The translations under genes were made by a program, and so were the position numbers. Shown piece after piece: positions 46,976 through 56,988 of a stretch of 64,000 bases of DNA. Location of the stretch: contig CAZPQW010000002.1 in assembly GCA_964588985.1 (NCBI GenBank), positions 1 through 64,000 on the forward strand, read 5' to 3'. Position 1 is the first letter of the stretch. Every line of letters begins with the position of its first letter. The notes beneath the pieces were generated by a model. That model had not been told where the DNA came from and ran no database searches. It worked only from the letters and a program-made list of their open reading frames with translations. This stretch comes from an uncultured Solirubrobacteraceae bacterium (GTDB lineage: Bacteria > Actinomycetota > Thermoleophilia > Solirubrobacterales > Solirubrobacteraceae).

Positions 46976-47898
46976 GCCTCGCGGTGGATAGGCGCGTGAC
47001 GCCGGTGGCGGCCGTCGCCGCGGGGAAGCCCGAGTCGGTCGGCGGACCCCAGCCGCTGCGCCTGCGCCTGTGGCGCGGACGCCCGCTCGCCTCCGCGGGG
47101 AACCAACGCGCGGGGGTAGTCGCCGCATTGATCCCGGTCGGGGCGATGACGCTCGTCGCGCTCGCGGCGCCGCTGCTCGCGACGCACACCGCGACCGGCG
47201 TCACCACGATCGGGCCGCTGCACGCGCCCACCTTCAGCTACCCGTTCGGCACCGACGACATCGGCCGCGACGTGTTCTCGCGCGTGCTGTACGGGATCCG
47301 CGAGTCGTGGCTCGGCGCGATCGGGGTGATCGCGGTCGGCGCGCTCTTCGGCGGGCTGCTCGGCGCGCTCGCCGGCGCGATCGGCGGGTTCGTGGACACC
47401 GTGCTGATGCGCCTCACCGACCTGTTCCTCGCGCTGCCCGCGCCGGTGCTCGCGATCGCGGTGATCGCCTCGATCGGCCCGAGCCTGTTTCACACGCTGC
47501 TCGCGCTCTCGATCGTGTGGTGGCCGTGGTACGCGCGGATCGTGCGCGGCGAGGTGCGCGCGCTCGCGTCGCGGCCGCACGCCGAAGCCGCCCGTCTGGC
47601 GGGCGTCGGTCGCGTGCGGCTCGTGGTCCGCCACCTCGTGCCCGGGGCGCTCGCGCCGGTGATCGTGACGATGTCGCTCGACGTCGGCAACCTGATCCTC
47701 GCGCTCTCGAGCCTCTCGTTCATCGGCCTCGGTGCGCCGCCGCCGGCGCCCGAGCTCGGGGCGATGAGCTCTCAGGGGCTCGAGTACCTCTTTGGACACG
47801 CGTGGGTGCCGCTGGCCCCCGCCGCCGCTGTGGCGCTGCTCGCGCTCGCGGCCAACCTCATTGGTGATCACGCCAATCGGAGACTCGACAAAGGATGA
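46972..47898 (+). CDS. Peptide-type ABC permease (DppC-like)
   Basis: PFGTDDIGRDVFSR, EAARLAG, LSFIGLG..PELG; ATGA-coupled. Confidence 0.92.
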   Translation: MSLAVDRRVTPVAAVAAGKPESVGGPQPLRLRLWRGRPLASAGNQRAGVVAALIPVGAMTLVALAAPLLATHTATGVTTIGPLHAPTFSYPFGTDDIGRDVFSRVLYGIRESWLGAIGVIAVGALFGGLLGALAGAIGGFVDTVLMRLTDLFLALPAPVLAIAVIASIGPSLFHTLLALSIVWWPWYARIVRGEVRALASRPHAEAARLAGVGRVRLVVRHLVPGALAPVIVTMSLDVGNLILALSSLSFIGLGAPPPAPELGAMSSQGLEYLFGHAWVPLAPAAAVALLALAANLIGDHANRRLDKG

Positions 47899-47902
47899 CC
47901 AG

Positions 47903-49471
47903 ATGATCCAGCGACACCGAATCACCCTTGCCCTGATCGTCCTGATGGGCATGGCTCTCGCCGGCTGCGGCTCGGCCTCCACGACCTCGTCCACCAGCAC
48001 CACGGCGAGCACCACGAGCGGCGGCAGCGACATCCTGCGGATCCCCTATCTGGCGGATATGTCGGTCCCCGACCCCGACATCTTCTATGACATCGAGGGC
48101 AACTCGGTGATCCTGTCGACCTACGAAGGGCTGCTCACATACGCCCCCGGCACCACCAAGCTGGTGGGGGCGCTCGCGACGAGCTGGACGGTCGCACCAG
48201 ATCGACTCACCTACACCTTCCACCTGCATCCGGGCGTTCACTTCCACGATGGGACCGCGCTCACATCGAAGGCGGTCAAGGCGAGCTTCCTGCGTCGCCT
48301 CGCGGTCGGCCAGGCGCCGTCCTACATGCTCAAGCCGATCGCGTCGATGAGCACGCCCGACCCGCTCACGCTGGTCGTCAAGCTCAAACACCCGGTCAAC
48401 CCGTTCCTCGACTACCTCGCCTCCAGCTGGGGCCCGAAGATCATCGGCCCCGAAGCGATCGTCACCCACGCCGGCAGCGACGAGGGTCAGAAGTGGCTGC
48501 AGACGCACGACGACGGCACCGGTCCGTTCCGGCTGACCGCGTTCGAACGGGGCCGCCAGTACGTGCTCACCCGCTCGGCGAACTACTGGGGAGCGAAGCC
48601 GTTCTTCAAAGAGGTCCTGATCAAGATCACGCCCGACATCGGCACCCAGCAGCTCGAGCTCAAGAACGGTGGGGTGGACGCGATCCTTCACTCCTTCCCC
48701 GCCTCCGAACTCAGCTCGCTCCCGTCGAACGTGCGCGTCGAGGAGGACAAGTCGTTCCTGCGCCTGCTCCTGTACGTCAACACGCAGAAGCCGCCGTTCA
48801 ACGACCCGGCGGTGCGCGCGGCGCTGCGCTCCACGATCAACATCCCGCAGCTCGTGAGCGAGGCGTACTCGGGCACCGCGACCGCATCCACCGGCGCGTA
48901 TCCCGACGGTCTGCTGCCGAGCCAGCCGCCGCTCGAATACACGCCCAGCACCGCGGCCGCGGCCGCCGGTGTGAAAGCCGCGTCGACCAAGTCCATCACC
49001 CTCGGCTACACGGCCGACGAGTCCGGCGTGCAGCGACGCGTCGGCGAGCTGCTGCAGGCGGACCTCGAAGCCGCCGGCTGGCAGGTGACGGTCAAGGAGG
49101 TGCAGCTGCCGCAGGTCTACGGCTACATCAACGACCTCAAGGCCGCGCCCGACCTGCTGCTGCAGACCAACACCCCGGACGCGGCCAACCCCGACACGTG
49201 GGCGCGGATCGTCTTCTACTCGACCGGTGGCCTGAACTTCCTCGGCTACCACGACGCGAACGTCGACCGTCACCTCGACGAAGCCGTGAGCGCCGAACCC
49301 GCGAAGGCGACCGCGCTCTACCAGCAGGTGGGCAAGGAAGTGATCGAATCGAACGAGATCTTCTTCCTCGGCGACGTGAAGAACGTGTTCGTGCTCAACA
49401 AGTCCCTCTCGGGCGTCGAGCAGATCCCGGCCTACCCGTGGACCGTGAGCCTCGCGGCGCTGAAACGGTGA
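47903..49471 (+). CDS. Peptide-type (SBP family 5) substrate-binding lipoprotein
   Basis: Lipobox LAGC, YEGLL, LATSW..YTFHLHPGVHFHDG, GTGPFRL, PFNDPAVRAAL. Confidence 0.92.
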   Translation: MIQRHRITLALIVLMGMALAGCGSASTTSSTSTTASTTSGGSDILRIPYLADMSVPDPDIFYDIEGNSVILSTYEGLLTYAPGTTKLVGALATSWTVAPDRLTYTFHLHPGVHFHDGTALTSKAVKASFLRRLAVGQAPSYMLKPIASMSTPDPLTLVVKLKHPVNPFLDYLASSWGPKIIGPEAIVTHAGSDEGQKWLQTHDDGTGPFRLTAFERGRQYVLTRSANYWGAKPFFKEVLIKITPDIGTQQLELKNGGVDAILHSFPASELSSLPSNVRVEEDKSFLRLLLYVNTQKPPFNDPAVRAALRSTINIPQLVSEAYSGTATASTGAYPDGLLPSQPPLEYTPSTAAAAAGVKAASTKSITLGYTADESGVQRRVGELLQADLEAAGWQVTVKEVQLPQVYGYINDLKAAPDLLLQTNTPDAANPDTWARIVFYSTGGLNFLGYHDANVDRHLDEAVSAEPAKATALYQQVGKEVIESNEIFFLGDVKNVFVLNKSLSGVEQIPAYPWTVSLAALKR

Positions 49472-49478
49472 GCCGCTG

Positions 49479-50480
49479 ATGCCCACGCTCCTCGCCCAAC
49501 GCCTACTCGCCCTGGTAGCGGTCCTGTTCGGGCTGGCGGTGATCGTGTTCGTGCTGCAGGCCGTGATCCCGGCCGACCCGGCACGGGCGATGGTCGGCGC
49601 CAGCGCACCGAAGTCGGTGGTGGAAGCCAAGCGCCACGAACTGGGCTACGACAAACCGCTGCCGCAGCGGTTCCTGGAGTACGTGGACCGCCTCCTCCAC
49701 GGCAACCTCCAGGAATCGCTGCGGACGCGCAACCCGGTGAGCAAAGACCTCGCGACGTTCGCCCCGGCGACGCTCGAACTGGCGCTCGCCGCGGCGGCGA
49801 TCGCGGGGGTGCTGGGCGTTGGGCTCGGGCTGGCGCTCGTCGGCGCGGGACGGGCGGCGCGGCTGCTGCGGATCGTGCTGATCAGCGGGGCGTCGGTGCC
49901 GACGTTCCTCACGGCGCTGCTCGCGATCCTGCTGTTCTACTCGACGCTTCACCTGCTGCCGGCGTCGGGGAGGGTGGACGACACGCTCGTGTTGCCGTCC
50001 GGGCCGACGAAACTGCTGCTGGTCGACTCGCTGCTGCACGGCGAGCCGAACCTGCTGTGGAGCACGCTCACGCACCTGCTGATGCCCGCGCTCACGCTCG
50101 CGCTGCTGCCGGCGCTCGCGATCGCGCGCACGCTTGCGACGTCGTGCGAGAAGGTGATGCGCGAGGACTACGTGCGCACGGCGCGCTCGAAGGGGTTGAG
50201 GGAGCGCAGGGTGCTGCTGCGCCACGCGCTGCGCAACGCGAGCGGCCCCGCGCTGACGATGAGCGGGCTGCAGTTCGGCCTGCTGCTCGGCGGGATCGTG
50301 GTGGTCGAGCAGATCTTCGCGTGGCCCGGCCTCGGCCTCTATCTCGACCAGTCGATCGCCTATGCGGACTTCCCCGCGATCACCGGCACGACGCTGCTGC
50401 TCGGCACCGCGTACGTGCTGGTGAACTTCCTCGTCGACCTCTCCCAGGCATGGGCGGACCCGCGCATCAGGACGGTTTAG
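49479..50480 (+). CDS. Peptide-type ABC permease (DppB-like)
   Basis: PADPA, PATLELA, DYVRTARSKGL, VEQIFAWPGLG, DPRIR. Confidence 0.93.
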   Translation: MPTLLAQRLLALVAVLFGLAVIVFVLQAVIPADPARAMVGASAPKSVVEAKRHELGYDKPLPQRFLEYVDRLLHGNLQESLRTRNPVSKDLATFAPATLELALAAAAIAGVLGVGLGLALVGAGRAARLLRIVLISGASVPTFLTALLAILLFYSTLHLLPASGRVDDTLVLPSGPTKLLLVDSLLHGEPNLLWSTLTHLLMPALTLALLPALAIARTLATSCEKVMREDYVRTARSKGLRERRVLLRHALRNASGPALTMSGLQFGLLLGGIVVVEQIFAWPGLGLYLDQSIAYADFPAITGTTLLLGTAYVLVNFLVDLSQAWADPRIRTV

Positions 50481-50482
50481 AA

Positions 50483-51208
50483 ATGTCCGCTGCCACAGGG
50501 GCACAACCGCTCTACCAGGACGAGCTCCCATCCGCGGGCGCTCGCTCGTGGACGTGCCGTCGCGGCACCGCGCTCACTCTGACCGACCTGGCGGGCGGGG
50601 CGAACGTGTCCGCGCTGCTCTACAGCGCAGCGAACCCGCTCGAGCGCTACTGCATGCCCGACACGCTCAAGGCGCAGCACGTCAGCCGCCTCACCGCGGG
50701 TGTTGCGCTGTATTCCGACATGGGGCGCGTGCTCGCCTCGATCGTCGAGGACGGATGTGGCTGGCACGACACCATCTCCGGCCACGCCACGGCCGAGACG
50801 GTCGCCTCGAAGTGGGGAGCAAACACGTACCAGCAGGCGCGCAACGAGTGGAGGCGCAGTGCACGAGAGGCGTTCCTCGTGGAGCTCGCAAAGCACGGCC
50901 TTGGACAGCGTGACCTACATCCAAATATTAATTTCTTCTCCAAGGTGGAGGTCGAGGACGAGGAGACCGGCGCGCTCAGTTACGTCGCGGGCAACTCTCC
51001 CGCCGGCTCGCACGTGACGCTGCGCTTCGAGCTGGACACGCTGATCGTGCTGTGGAACGGCCCGCACCCGCTCGCCGAGGAGTGGCTTGCGCGACCGGTG
51101 CGCGTCACGCTCGAGCACTTCCCGACGGCCGGCGCCGACGACGCGGTTCGCACGAGCTGCGAGGAGAACGAACGCGGCTTCGCGGTCACCGAGGCGGCGC
51201 TCGCGTGA
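50483..51208 (+). CDS. cgdA: Urea carboxylase-associated DUF1989 protein (carboxyguanidine deiminase subunit A-like)
   Basis: [48 protein letters not shown]. Confidence 0.9.
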   Translation: MSAATGAQPLYQDELPSAGARSWTCRRGTALTLTDLAGGANVSALLYSAANPLERYCMPDTLKAQHVSRLTAGVALYSDMGRVLASIVEDGCGWHDTISGHATAETVASKWGANTYQQARNEWRRSAREAFLVELAKHGLGQRDLHPNINFFSKVEVEDEETGALSYVAGNSPAGSHVTLRFELDTLIVLWNGPHPLAEEWLARPVRVTLEHFPTAGADDAVRTSCEENERGFAVTEAALA

Positions 51209-51852
51209 GCGTGTCCGTGCAGAGCGAGGAGCGCTCCGAGCTCGCCGCGCGGCTCGTCCTAGACGTGCCCGCCGGCGAGGGCTTCGCGCACGAGCTCGCC
51301 GCGGGGGAGACGCTTCGGATCGTCGACCTGCACGGCAACCAGGCCGTCGACACGCTGTTCTTCGACGCGCACGACTACGCCAACCGCTACAGCGCGGTCG
51401 ACACGCTGCGCGAGCAGGGCGGCGTGTACCTCGGGCTCGGCTCGCGGCTGCTCGCGCTCGACGGGACGGCGCTCGTGACGATCGTGGGGGATACGTGCGG
51501 ACGCCACGACACGCTCGGCGGCGCCTGCTCGCAGGAGTCGAACGTGGTGCGCTACGGCGAGCACACCCGCCACATGCACGCGTGCCGCAACACGTTCCTC
51601 GCGCAGGCGCGCGAATGGGGGCGAGGACTCGACAAGCGCGACCTCACCGCGAACGTGAACTTCTTCATGAACGTGCCGCTCACACCCGAGGGTGGCCTGG
51701 AGTTCGTCGACGGCGTCTCAGCGCCCGGGAAGTACGTCGAGCTGCGCGCCGAGCGCGACACGCTCGTGCTGATCTCCAACTGCCCCCAGCTCAACAACCC
51801 CTGCAACGCGTTCGACCCGACCCCGGTGCGCCTGCTCTTCTGGCCGTCATGA
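51205..51852 (+). CDS. cgdB: Urea carboxylase-associated DUF1989 protein (carboxyguanidine deiminase subunit B-like)
   Basis: [46 protein letters not shown]. Confidence 0.92.
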   Translation: MSVSVQSEERSELAARLVLDVPAGEGFAHELAAGETLRIVDLHGNQAVDTLFFDAHDYANRYSAVDTLREQGGVYLGLGSRLLALDGTALVTIVGDTCGRHDTLGGACSQESNVVRYGEHTRHMHACRNTFLAQAREWGRGLDKRDLTANVNFFMNVPLTPEGGLEFVDGVSAPGKYVELRAERDTLVLISNCPQLNNPCNAFDPTPVRLLFWPS

Positions 51853-53816
51853 GCGCGATCGAGGTCCTCGCGCCGGGCGCGTTCACGACCGTCCAGGACT
51901 GGCCTGGGCGCACCGGCTTCTGGGAGGTCGGCGTGCCGCCGTCCGGCCCGATGGACAGCCGCTCGCACAGGATCGGCAACCGCCTGCTCGGCAACGCCCC
52001 CGACGCGGCCGGCCTCGAGGTCACGCTGACGGGCCCGAAGCTCCGCTTCCTCGTGGACGCGACCGTCGCGATGACGGGCGCGCCGCTCGCCGTCACGCTC
52101 GACGGCGAGACAGTCCCGCAGTGGACCGCGCTCGACGTTCCCGCCGGGGGAGTGCTGTCGCTCGGCACGATCCGCGGCGCCGGGATGCGCGCGTACGTGA
52201 CGGTGCGCGGCGGCATCGCGGGCGCACCGGCGATGGGCAGCCGCGCGGTCTTCTCCCCGGCTGGTCTCGGGGGCGGGCAGCTGCGCCGGGGCGAGCTGCT
52301 CGCGCTCGCCGGCGGCGAGACGCGGGGGAGCGCATCCGAGTTTGCTGTCAGCCCGCCCGCGTTCTCCAACGAGGTCAGCCTGCGCGTCGTGCTCGGCCCG
52401 CACGGCGCCCCCGAGCTCCTCACACCCGACGGCCTCGTGGAGCTGCTCGACGCGGACTGGGTCGTGGACCCGCACTCCAACCGCGCGGGGGTGAGGCTCG
52501 CCGGCCCACGGCCGGGCTGGTCGCGATCGGACGGCGGCGAAGCGGGCCTTCACCCGTCGAACATCCTCGACAGCGCATACAGCGTCGGCACGGTGATGCT
52601 CACCGGCGACATGGCGGTGATCGTCGGGCCGGATGGCCCGAGCCTCGGCGGCTTCGCAGCGTTCGCGCAGGTGATCCAGGCCGACCTGTGGCGCCTCGGG
52701 CAGCTGCGCGCTGGCGACCGCGTGAGACTGCGGGCCGTCGGCGTTCGCTACGCGGCCGCGCTGCACGCCGACGCGGAGCGCGAGATCGAAGGCGGCGGCG
52801 TGGGGCTGCGTGCGCCGGTCTCGACGAACGCCCTCAAGCCCACCGTCGAGTTCGACCGCGCCTACGACGGCGCGCACGGACTCGCGACGTTCCGCCGCGC
52901 GGGCGAGCGAGCGGTGCTGATCGAGTTCGGCGATCCGGTGCTCGACCTGCGCTCGCGGGTGCGCGCGCAGACGCTCCGGATCGCGCTCGAGGAGCTCCAC
53001 ATCGACGGCGTGCTCGACATCACCCCGGGCGTGCGCTCGCTGCACATCCAGCACGACCCCGACACGCTCGCCGCGGAGAGCCTGATCGACGCGCTCGCGC
53101 GCCTGGAGTCCTCGCTGCCGGCGCCCGAGCGGTCGGCGATCCCCGGGCGCACGGTGCACATGCCGCTGAGCTGGGGCCACAGCGAGGTCCTGCGGGCGGT
53201 CGGACGCTACGAGAGCGTCCGCGCGGGCGCCCCCTGGTGCCCCGACAACGTCGACTTCATCCGCCGCATGAACGGCCTGCCCGACGAGCGCGCGGTCCGC
53301 GAGATCGTCACGAGCGCCGCGTATCTGGTGCTCGGGCTGGGCGACGTCTACATGGGCGCGCCGGTGGCGGTGCCGCTGGATCCGCGCCACCGGCTCGTCA
53401 CCACCAAGTACAACCCTCCGCGCACCTGGACGCCCGCCAACGCGGTCGGGATCGGGGGAGCGTTCCTGTGCGTTTACGGCGTCGAGGGGCCCGGCGGCTA
53501 CCAGCTCGTGGGCCGCACCACGCCCGTGTGGCACGCCGGCGACGACCCGCCGTGGCGGCTGCGCCACTTCGACCAGCTGCGCTTCGAGCTCGTCGAGGAG
53601 GACGAGCTGGAGGAGCTGCGCAGGCTGAGCGAGCGCGGCGCGTGGGCGCCGCGGACCGAGCCGACCGCCTTCTCGCTGGTCGAGCACGAGCACTTTCTGG
53701 AGGAGCACCGCGAGGAGATCGCGGCGTTCACCGCGCGGCGCGACGCCGCGTTCGCCGCCGAGCGCGACGCGTGGAGCATGACCGAGACCGCCACCACGGC
53801 AAAGGTCGCGGCGTGA
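51849..53816 (+). CDS. Urea/guanidine carboxylase carboxyltransferase module only (no BC, no BCCP)
   Basis: [92 protein letters not shown]; 655 aa; no MKM. Confidence 0.92.
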   Translation: MSAIEVLAPGAFTTVQDWPGRTGFWEVGVPPSGPMDSRSHRIGNRLLGNAPDAAGLEVTLTGPKLRFLVDATVAMTGAPLAVTLDGETVPQWTALDVPAGGVLSLGTIRGAGMRAYVTVRGGIAGAPAMGSRAVFSPAGLGGGQLRRGELLALAGGETRGSASEFAVSPPAFSNEVSLRVVLGPHGAPELLTPDGLVELLDADWVVDPHSNRAGVRLAGPRPGWSRSDGGEAGLHPSNILDSAYSVGTVMLTGDMAVIVGPDGPSLGGFAAFAQVIQADLWRLGQLRAGDRVRLRAVGVRYAAALHADAEREIEGGGVGLRAPVSTNALKPTVEFDRAYDGAHGLATFRRAGERAVLIEFGDPVLDLRSRVRAQTLRIALEELHIDGVLDITPGVRSLHIQHDPDTLAAESLIDALARLESSLPAPERSAIPGRTVHMPLSWGHSEVLRAVGRYESVRAGAPWCPDNVDFIRRMNGLPDERAVREIVTSAAYLVLGLGDVYMGAPVAVPLDPRHRLVTTKYNPPRTWTPANAVGIGGAFLCVYGVEGPGGYQLVGRTTPVWHAGDDPPWRLRHFDQLRFELVEEDELEELRRLSERGAWAPRTEPTAFSLVEHEHFLEEHREEIAAFTARRDAAFAAERDAWSMTETATTAKVAA

Positions 53817-55546
53817 AGCTCGACATCGCCACGCTTCTCGCCGGCTACCGCGACGGCTCCACGAGCCCATCGCGCGTCGCGCAGGAGTTGATCGACCGGC
53901 TTGCCAAGCCACAGGAGCAGCAGCTATGGATCGCACGGGTGAGCGACGAGGCGCTGCGCGCGGCGGCCGCCGCGCTGGACGAGGCCGACCCGTCGCTTCC
54001 GCTCTACGGCATCCCGTTCGCGGTGAAGGACAACATCGACGTCGCCGGCATGCCGACCACGGCCGGCTGCCCGGGCTTCTCATACGCCGCCACGCGCACC
54101 GCGACGGTCGTGCAGCGGCTCCTCGACGCCGGCGCGATGCTGATCGGCAAGACGAACATGGACCAGTTCGCCACCGGCCTCGTCGGTACGCGCAGCCCCT
54201 ACGGCAGCTGCTCCTCGGTGGCCGACCCGGCGCGCATCAGCGGAGGCTCGAGCTCCGGCTCGGCGGTGGCGGTCGCGCTCGGTTACGCGTCGTTCGCGCT
54301 CGGGACAGACACCGCCGGATCGGGGCGCGTCCCCGCGGCGTTCAACGGCCTCGTCGGCGTCAAGCCCACACGGGGCCTGCTCAGCACCCGCGGCGTCGTG
54401 CCCGCGTGCGCGAGCCTCGACTGCGTGTCGGTGTTCACCGGCACCGTCCCCGACGCCGCGCGCGTGCTCGACGTGGTGGCGGCGTTCGACCTGGAGGATC
54501 CGTGGAGTCGACCCGAGGCCGTGTGCGACTCGCCGCGGCGTGGACGGATCGGCGTGCCGCTCGTCGGCCAGGTCGAGCAGGAGGAGTCCGCGGCGACGCT
54601 CGCGTGGGCGCAGGCGGTCGAGCGCGCCGGCAACCGCTGGACGCTCGTGGAAGTCGACATCGACCCGCTCCTGAAAGCAGCGCCGCTCCTGTACGAGGCG
54701 TGGGTCGCGGAGCGGACCGCCGACCTCGCACCGCACATCGAAGCGGAGCCAGAGGGCCTCGACCCGACCGTCGCCGCGATCGTGCTCGGCGGGCGCGAGA
54801 CGAAGGCGACCGACGTGTTCCGCGCGCAGCACCGCCTGCGCGAGCTCGAGCGCGCGGCCGCCTCGATCTGGGAGCGGGCCGACGCGCTGCTGCTGCCCAC
54901 CACCGCTCTGCATCCGACGCACGCCGAGGTCGCAGCCGATCCGGTGGGGACGAACAGCCGCCTCGGGCGGTTCACGAACTTCGTCAACCTGATGGACCTC
55001 TGCTCGCTCGCGCTGCCGGGCGCGCCGCGGCCCGACGGGCTGCCGTTCGGCGTGACGCTGCACGCGCCCGCCCACCACGACCGCCGGCTGCTGGAGCTCG
55101 GCTGCGAATGGAGCTCGCAGCCGGCCAGCGTCGAGCTGCCCGGCGTCGTGAGGCTCGCGGTGGCTGGCGCCCACATGACGGGGATGCCGCTGAACGACCG
55201 CCTCACCGAGCGCGGCGCGCGGCTCCTCGGCACTGCTCGCACGGCGCCCAGCTATGAGCTGTACGCGCTCGCGAACGGCGGCCCGATCGCGCGCCCCGGC
55301 GTCGTGCGCGTCGAGGACGGCGGCGCGAGCATCGAGGTCGAGGTGTGGGAGCTGTCTCGCGCGGCGCTGGGCGCGATCGTCGAGGAGGTGCCGGGCCCGC
55401 TCGCGATCGGCCACGTCGAGATGCTCGACGGCACGCGGATCTGCGGGTTCGTGTGCGAGGGCTACGCCGTCCACGGCGCAACCGACATCACCGCCCACGG
55501 CGGCTGGCGCGCATACCTCGAGGCGCCCGTGACGACGCCGGCGTGA
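53813..55546 (+). CDS. atzF: Allophanate hydrolase
   Basis: AVKDNID, DQFATGLVGTRSPYG, GGSSSGS, GTDTAGSGRVP, TNFVNL, C-domain GAHM..LN and GGWRAY. Confidence 0.95.
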   Translation: MKLDIATLLAGYRDGSTSPSRVAQELIDRLAKPQEQQLWIARVSDEALRAAAAALDEADPSLPLYGIPFAVKDNIDVAGMPTTAGCPGFSYAATRTATVVQRLLDAGAMLIGKTNMDQFATGLVGTRSPYGSCSSVADPARISGGSSSGSAVAVALGYASFALGTDTAGSGRVPAAFNGLVGVKPTRGLLSTRGVVPACASLDCVSVFTGTVPDAARVLDVVAAFDLEDPWSRPEAVCDSPRRGRIGVPLVGQVEQEESAATLAWAQAVERAGNRWTLVEVDIDPLLKAAPLLYEAWVAERTADLAPHIEAEPEGLDPTVAAIVLGGRETKATDVFRAQHRLRELERAAASIWERADALLLPTTALHPTHAEVAADPVGTNSRLGRFTNFVNLMDLCSLALPGAPRPDGLPFGVTLHAPAHHDRRLLELGCEWSSQPASVELPGVVRLAVAGAHMTGMPLNDRLTERGARLLGTARTAPSYELYALANGGPIARPGVVRVEDGGASIEVEVWELSRAALGAIVEEVPGPLAIGHVEMLDGTRICGFVCEGYAVHGATDITAHGGWRAYLEAPVTTPA

Positions 55547-56574
55547 AAGCCCGCTACCACCACCTTCCGGCCACCCCCGAGAACGTCCACTGGGGATACT
55601 TCGACCACGCGCTCGAGCCGGTGCTGACGGTCTCCTCGGGCGATCTGGTCGCTATCGAGACGCTCACCCACCACGCGGGCGACGCGCCCGACCTGCTGAT
55701 GGACGCGGGCATCGAGCGCGTGTTCGAGCAGGTGCAGGAGCGCGGGCCCGGGCCGCACCTGCTGACCGGGCCGATCGCGCTCGCCGGCGCGCGCCCGGGC
55801 GACGTGCTCGAAGTGGAGATCCTCAGCGCCGAGCCGCGATTGCCGCACGGCTCCAACCTCGCGGGGCACTGGGGCGCGCTGTACGAGGACTTCGCCAAGG
55901 AGCGCGTGACGATCTTCGAGCTCGACCTCCAGGCGATGCTCGGACGCGCGCTGTTCGCGTTCGACTGGCAGACGACCCCGCTCGTGGACTCGCCGGGGAC
56001 GATCGTCGTGCCCGGCAGCGTCGCGCGCGAGGCGGCGCTTGAGGGCGTCACGATCCCGCTGCGGCCACATCTCGGGACGATGGGCGTGGCGCCCGCGGCG
56101 AAGGGGAGGCACTCCTCGGTCCCGCCGGGCGAGCACGGCGGCAACATCGACAACTGGCGGATCGGCGCGGGCGCGCGGATGCTCTACCCGGTGCAGGTGC
56201 CCGGCGCCCTGCTCTCGCTCGGCGACCCGCACGTCTCCCAGGGCGACGGCGAGATCAGCGGCACCGCCCTGGAGGCGTCGCTAGACACGGTCGTGCGCCT
56301 CACGCTGCGCTCGGACATCACACTCAGCGGGCCGCTGCTGGAGACGCCGACCGAGCTGATGGTGCACGGGTTCGGCGACGACCTCGACGAGGCGATGGGA
56401 GTTGCCGCGCGGCGCACGATCGAGCTGCTGGGCTCCCGCTTCGGGCTCAGCCGCGACGACGCCTACTCCTTCTCGAGCCTCGCGGTGGACTTCACCGTCA
56501 CGCAGGTCGTCGACTCCCGCCAGGGCGTGCACGCCCGCATCGACAAGCGCTGCTTCCCCTTCGCCGGCGCGTGA
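55543..56574 (+). CDS. Acetamidase/formamidase family protein
   Basis: VHWGYFD, PHLLTGPI, GGNIDN, GDPHVSQGDGEISGTALE. Confidence 0.92.
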   Translation: MKARYHHLPATPENVHWGYFDHALEPVLTVSSGDLVAIETLTHHAGDAPDLLMDAGIERVFEQVQERGPGPHLLTGPIALAGARPGDVLEVEILSAEPRLPHGSNLAGHWGALYEDFAKERVTIFELDLQAMLGRALFAFDWQTTPLVDSPGTIVVPGSVAREAALEGVTIPLRPHLGTMGVAPAAKGRHSSVPPGEHGGNIDNWRIGAGARMLYPVQVPGALLSLGDPHVSQGDGEISGTALEASLDTVVRLTLRSDITLSGPLLETPTELMVHGFGDDLDEAMGVAARRTIELLGSRFGLSRDDAYSFSSLAVDFTVTQVVDSRQGVHARIDKRCFPFAGA

Positions 56575-56978
56575 TCGAGTCCTGGACGTTCACCCCCGCC
56601 GAAGGCGTCCCGCCGCGGGTCGCGCCGTTCGCGCACGCGACCGCCACCGGCGAGACGCTCTACGTGACCGGCCAGATGCCGACGGGCCTCGACGGCGAGC
56701 TGATCGCCGGCGGGGTGGTCGAGCAGACCGATCGGGTGATGCGCAACCTCGCGCGCGTGCTCGAGATGCTCGGCGGCGGGCTCTCCGACGTGGCGCAGAC
56801 GCGCGCCTACCTGCTGCACTGGGACGACTACGCGGAGTTCAACACCGCCTACGAGCGGTGGTTTCCCGAGCGCCTGCCGAGCCGCACGTGCGTGGGCGTG
56901 AGTGGGCTCGCGGCGGGCGCGCTCGTGGAGGTCGACCTCGTCGCGTGGCGCGCGGGAGGCTGGGCCGCCGCGCCATAG
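56571..56978 (+). CDS. RidA/YjgF family protein
   Basis: PFAHA, YVTGQMP, FNTAY, PSRTCVGV..LA.GALVEVD. Confidence 0.92.
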   Translation: MIESWTFTPAEGVPPRVAPFAHATATGETLYVTGQMPTGLDGELIAGGVVEQTDRVMRNLARVLEMLGGGLSDVAQTRAYLLHWDDYAEFNTAYERWFPERLPSRTCVGVSGLAAGALVEVDLVAWRAGGWAAAP

Positions 56979-56988
56979 CGGTTCGGGG

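Noticed and set aside
51087-55546. Apparent 909-aa and 1141-aa ORFs suggesting a full-length carboxylase or a urea amidolyase fusion
   Set aside because: The N-terminal parts are out-of-frame read-through of upstream genes. Real homology starts at 51849 and 53813, each with a stop/start overlap.
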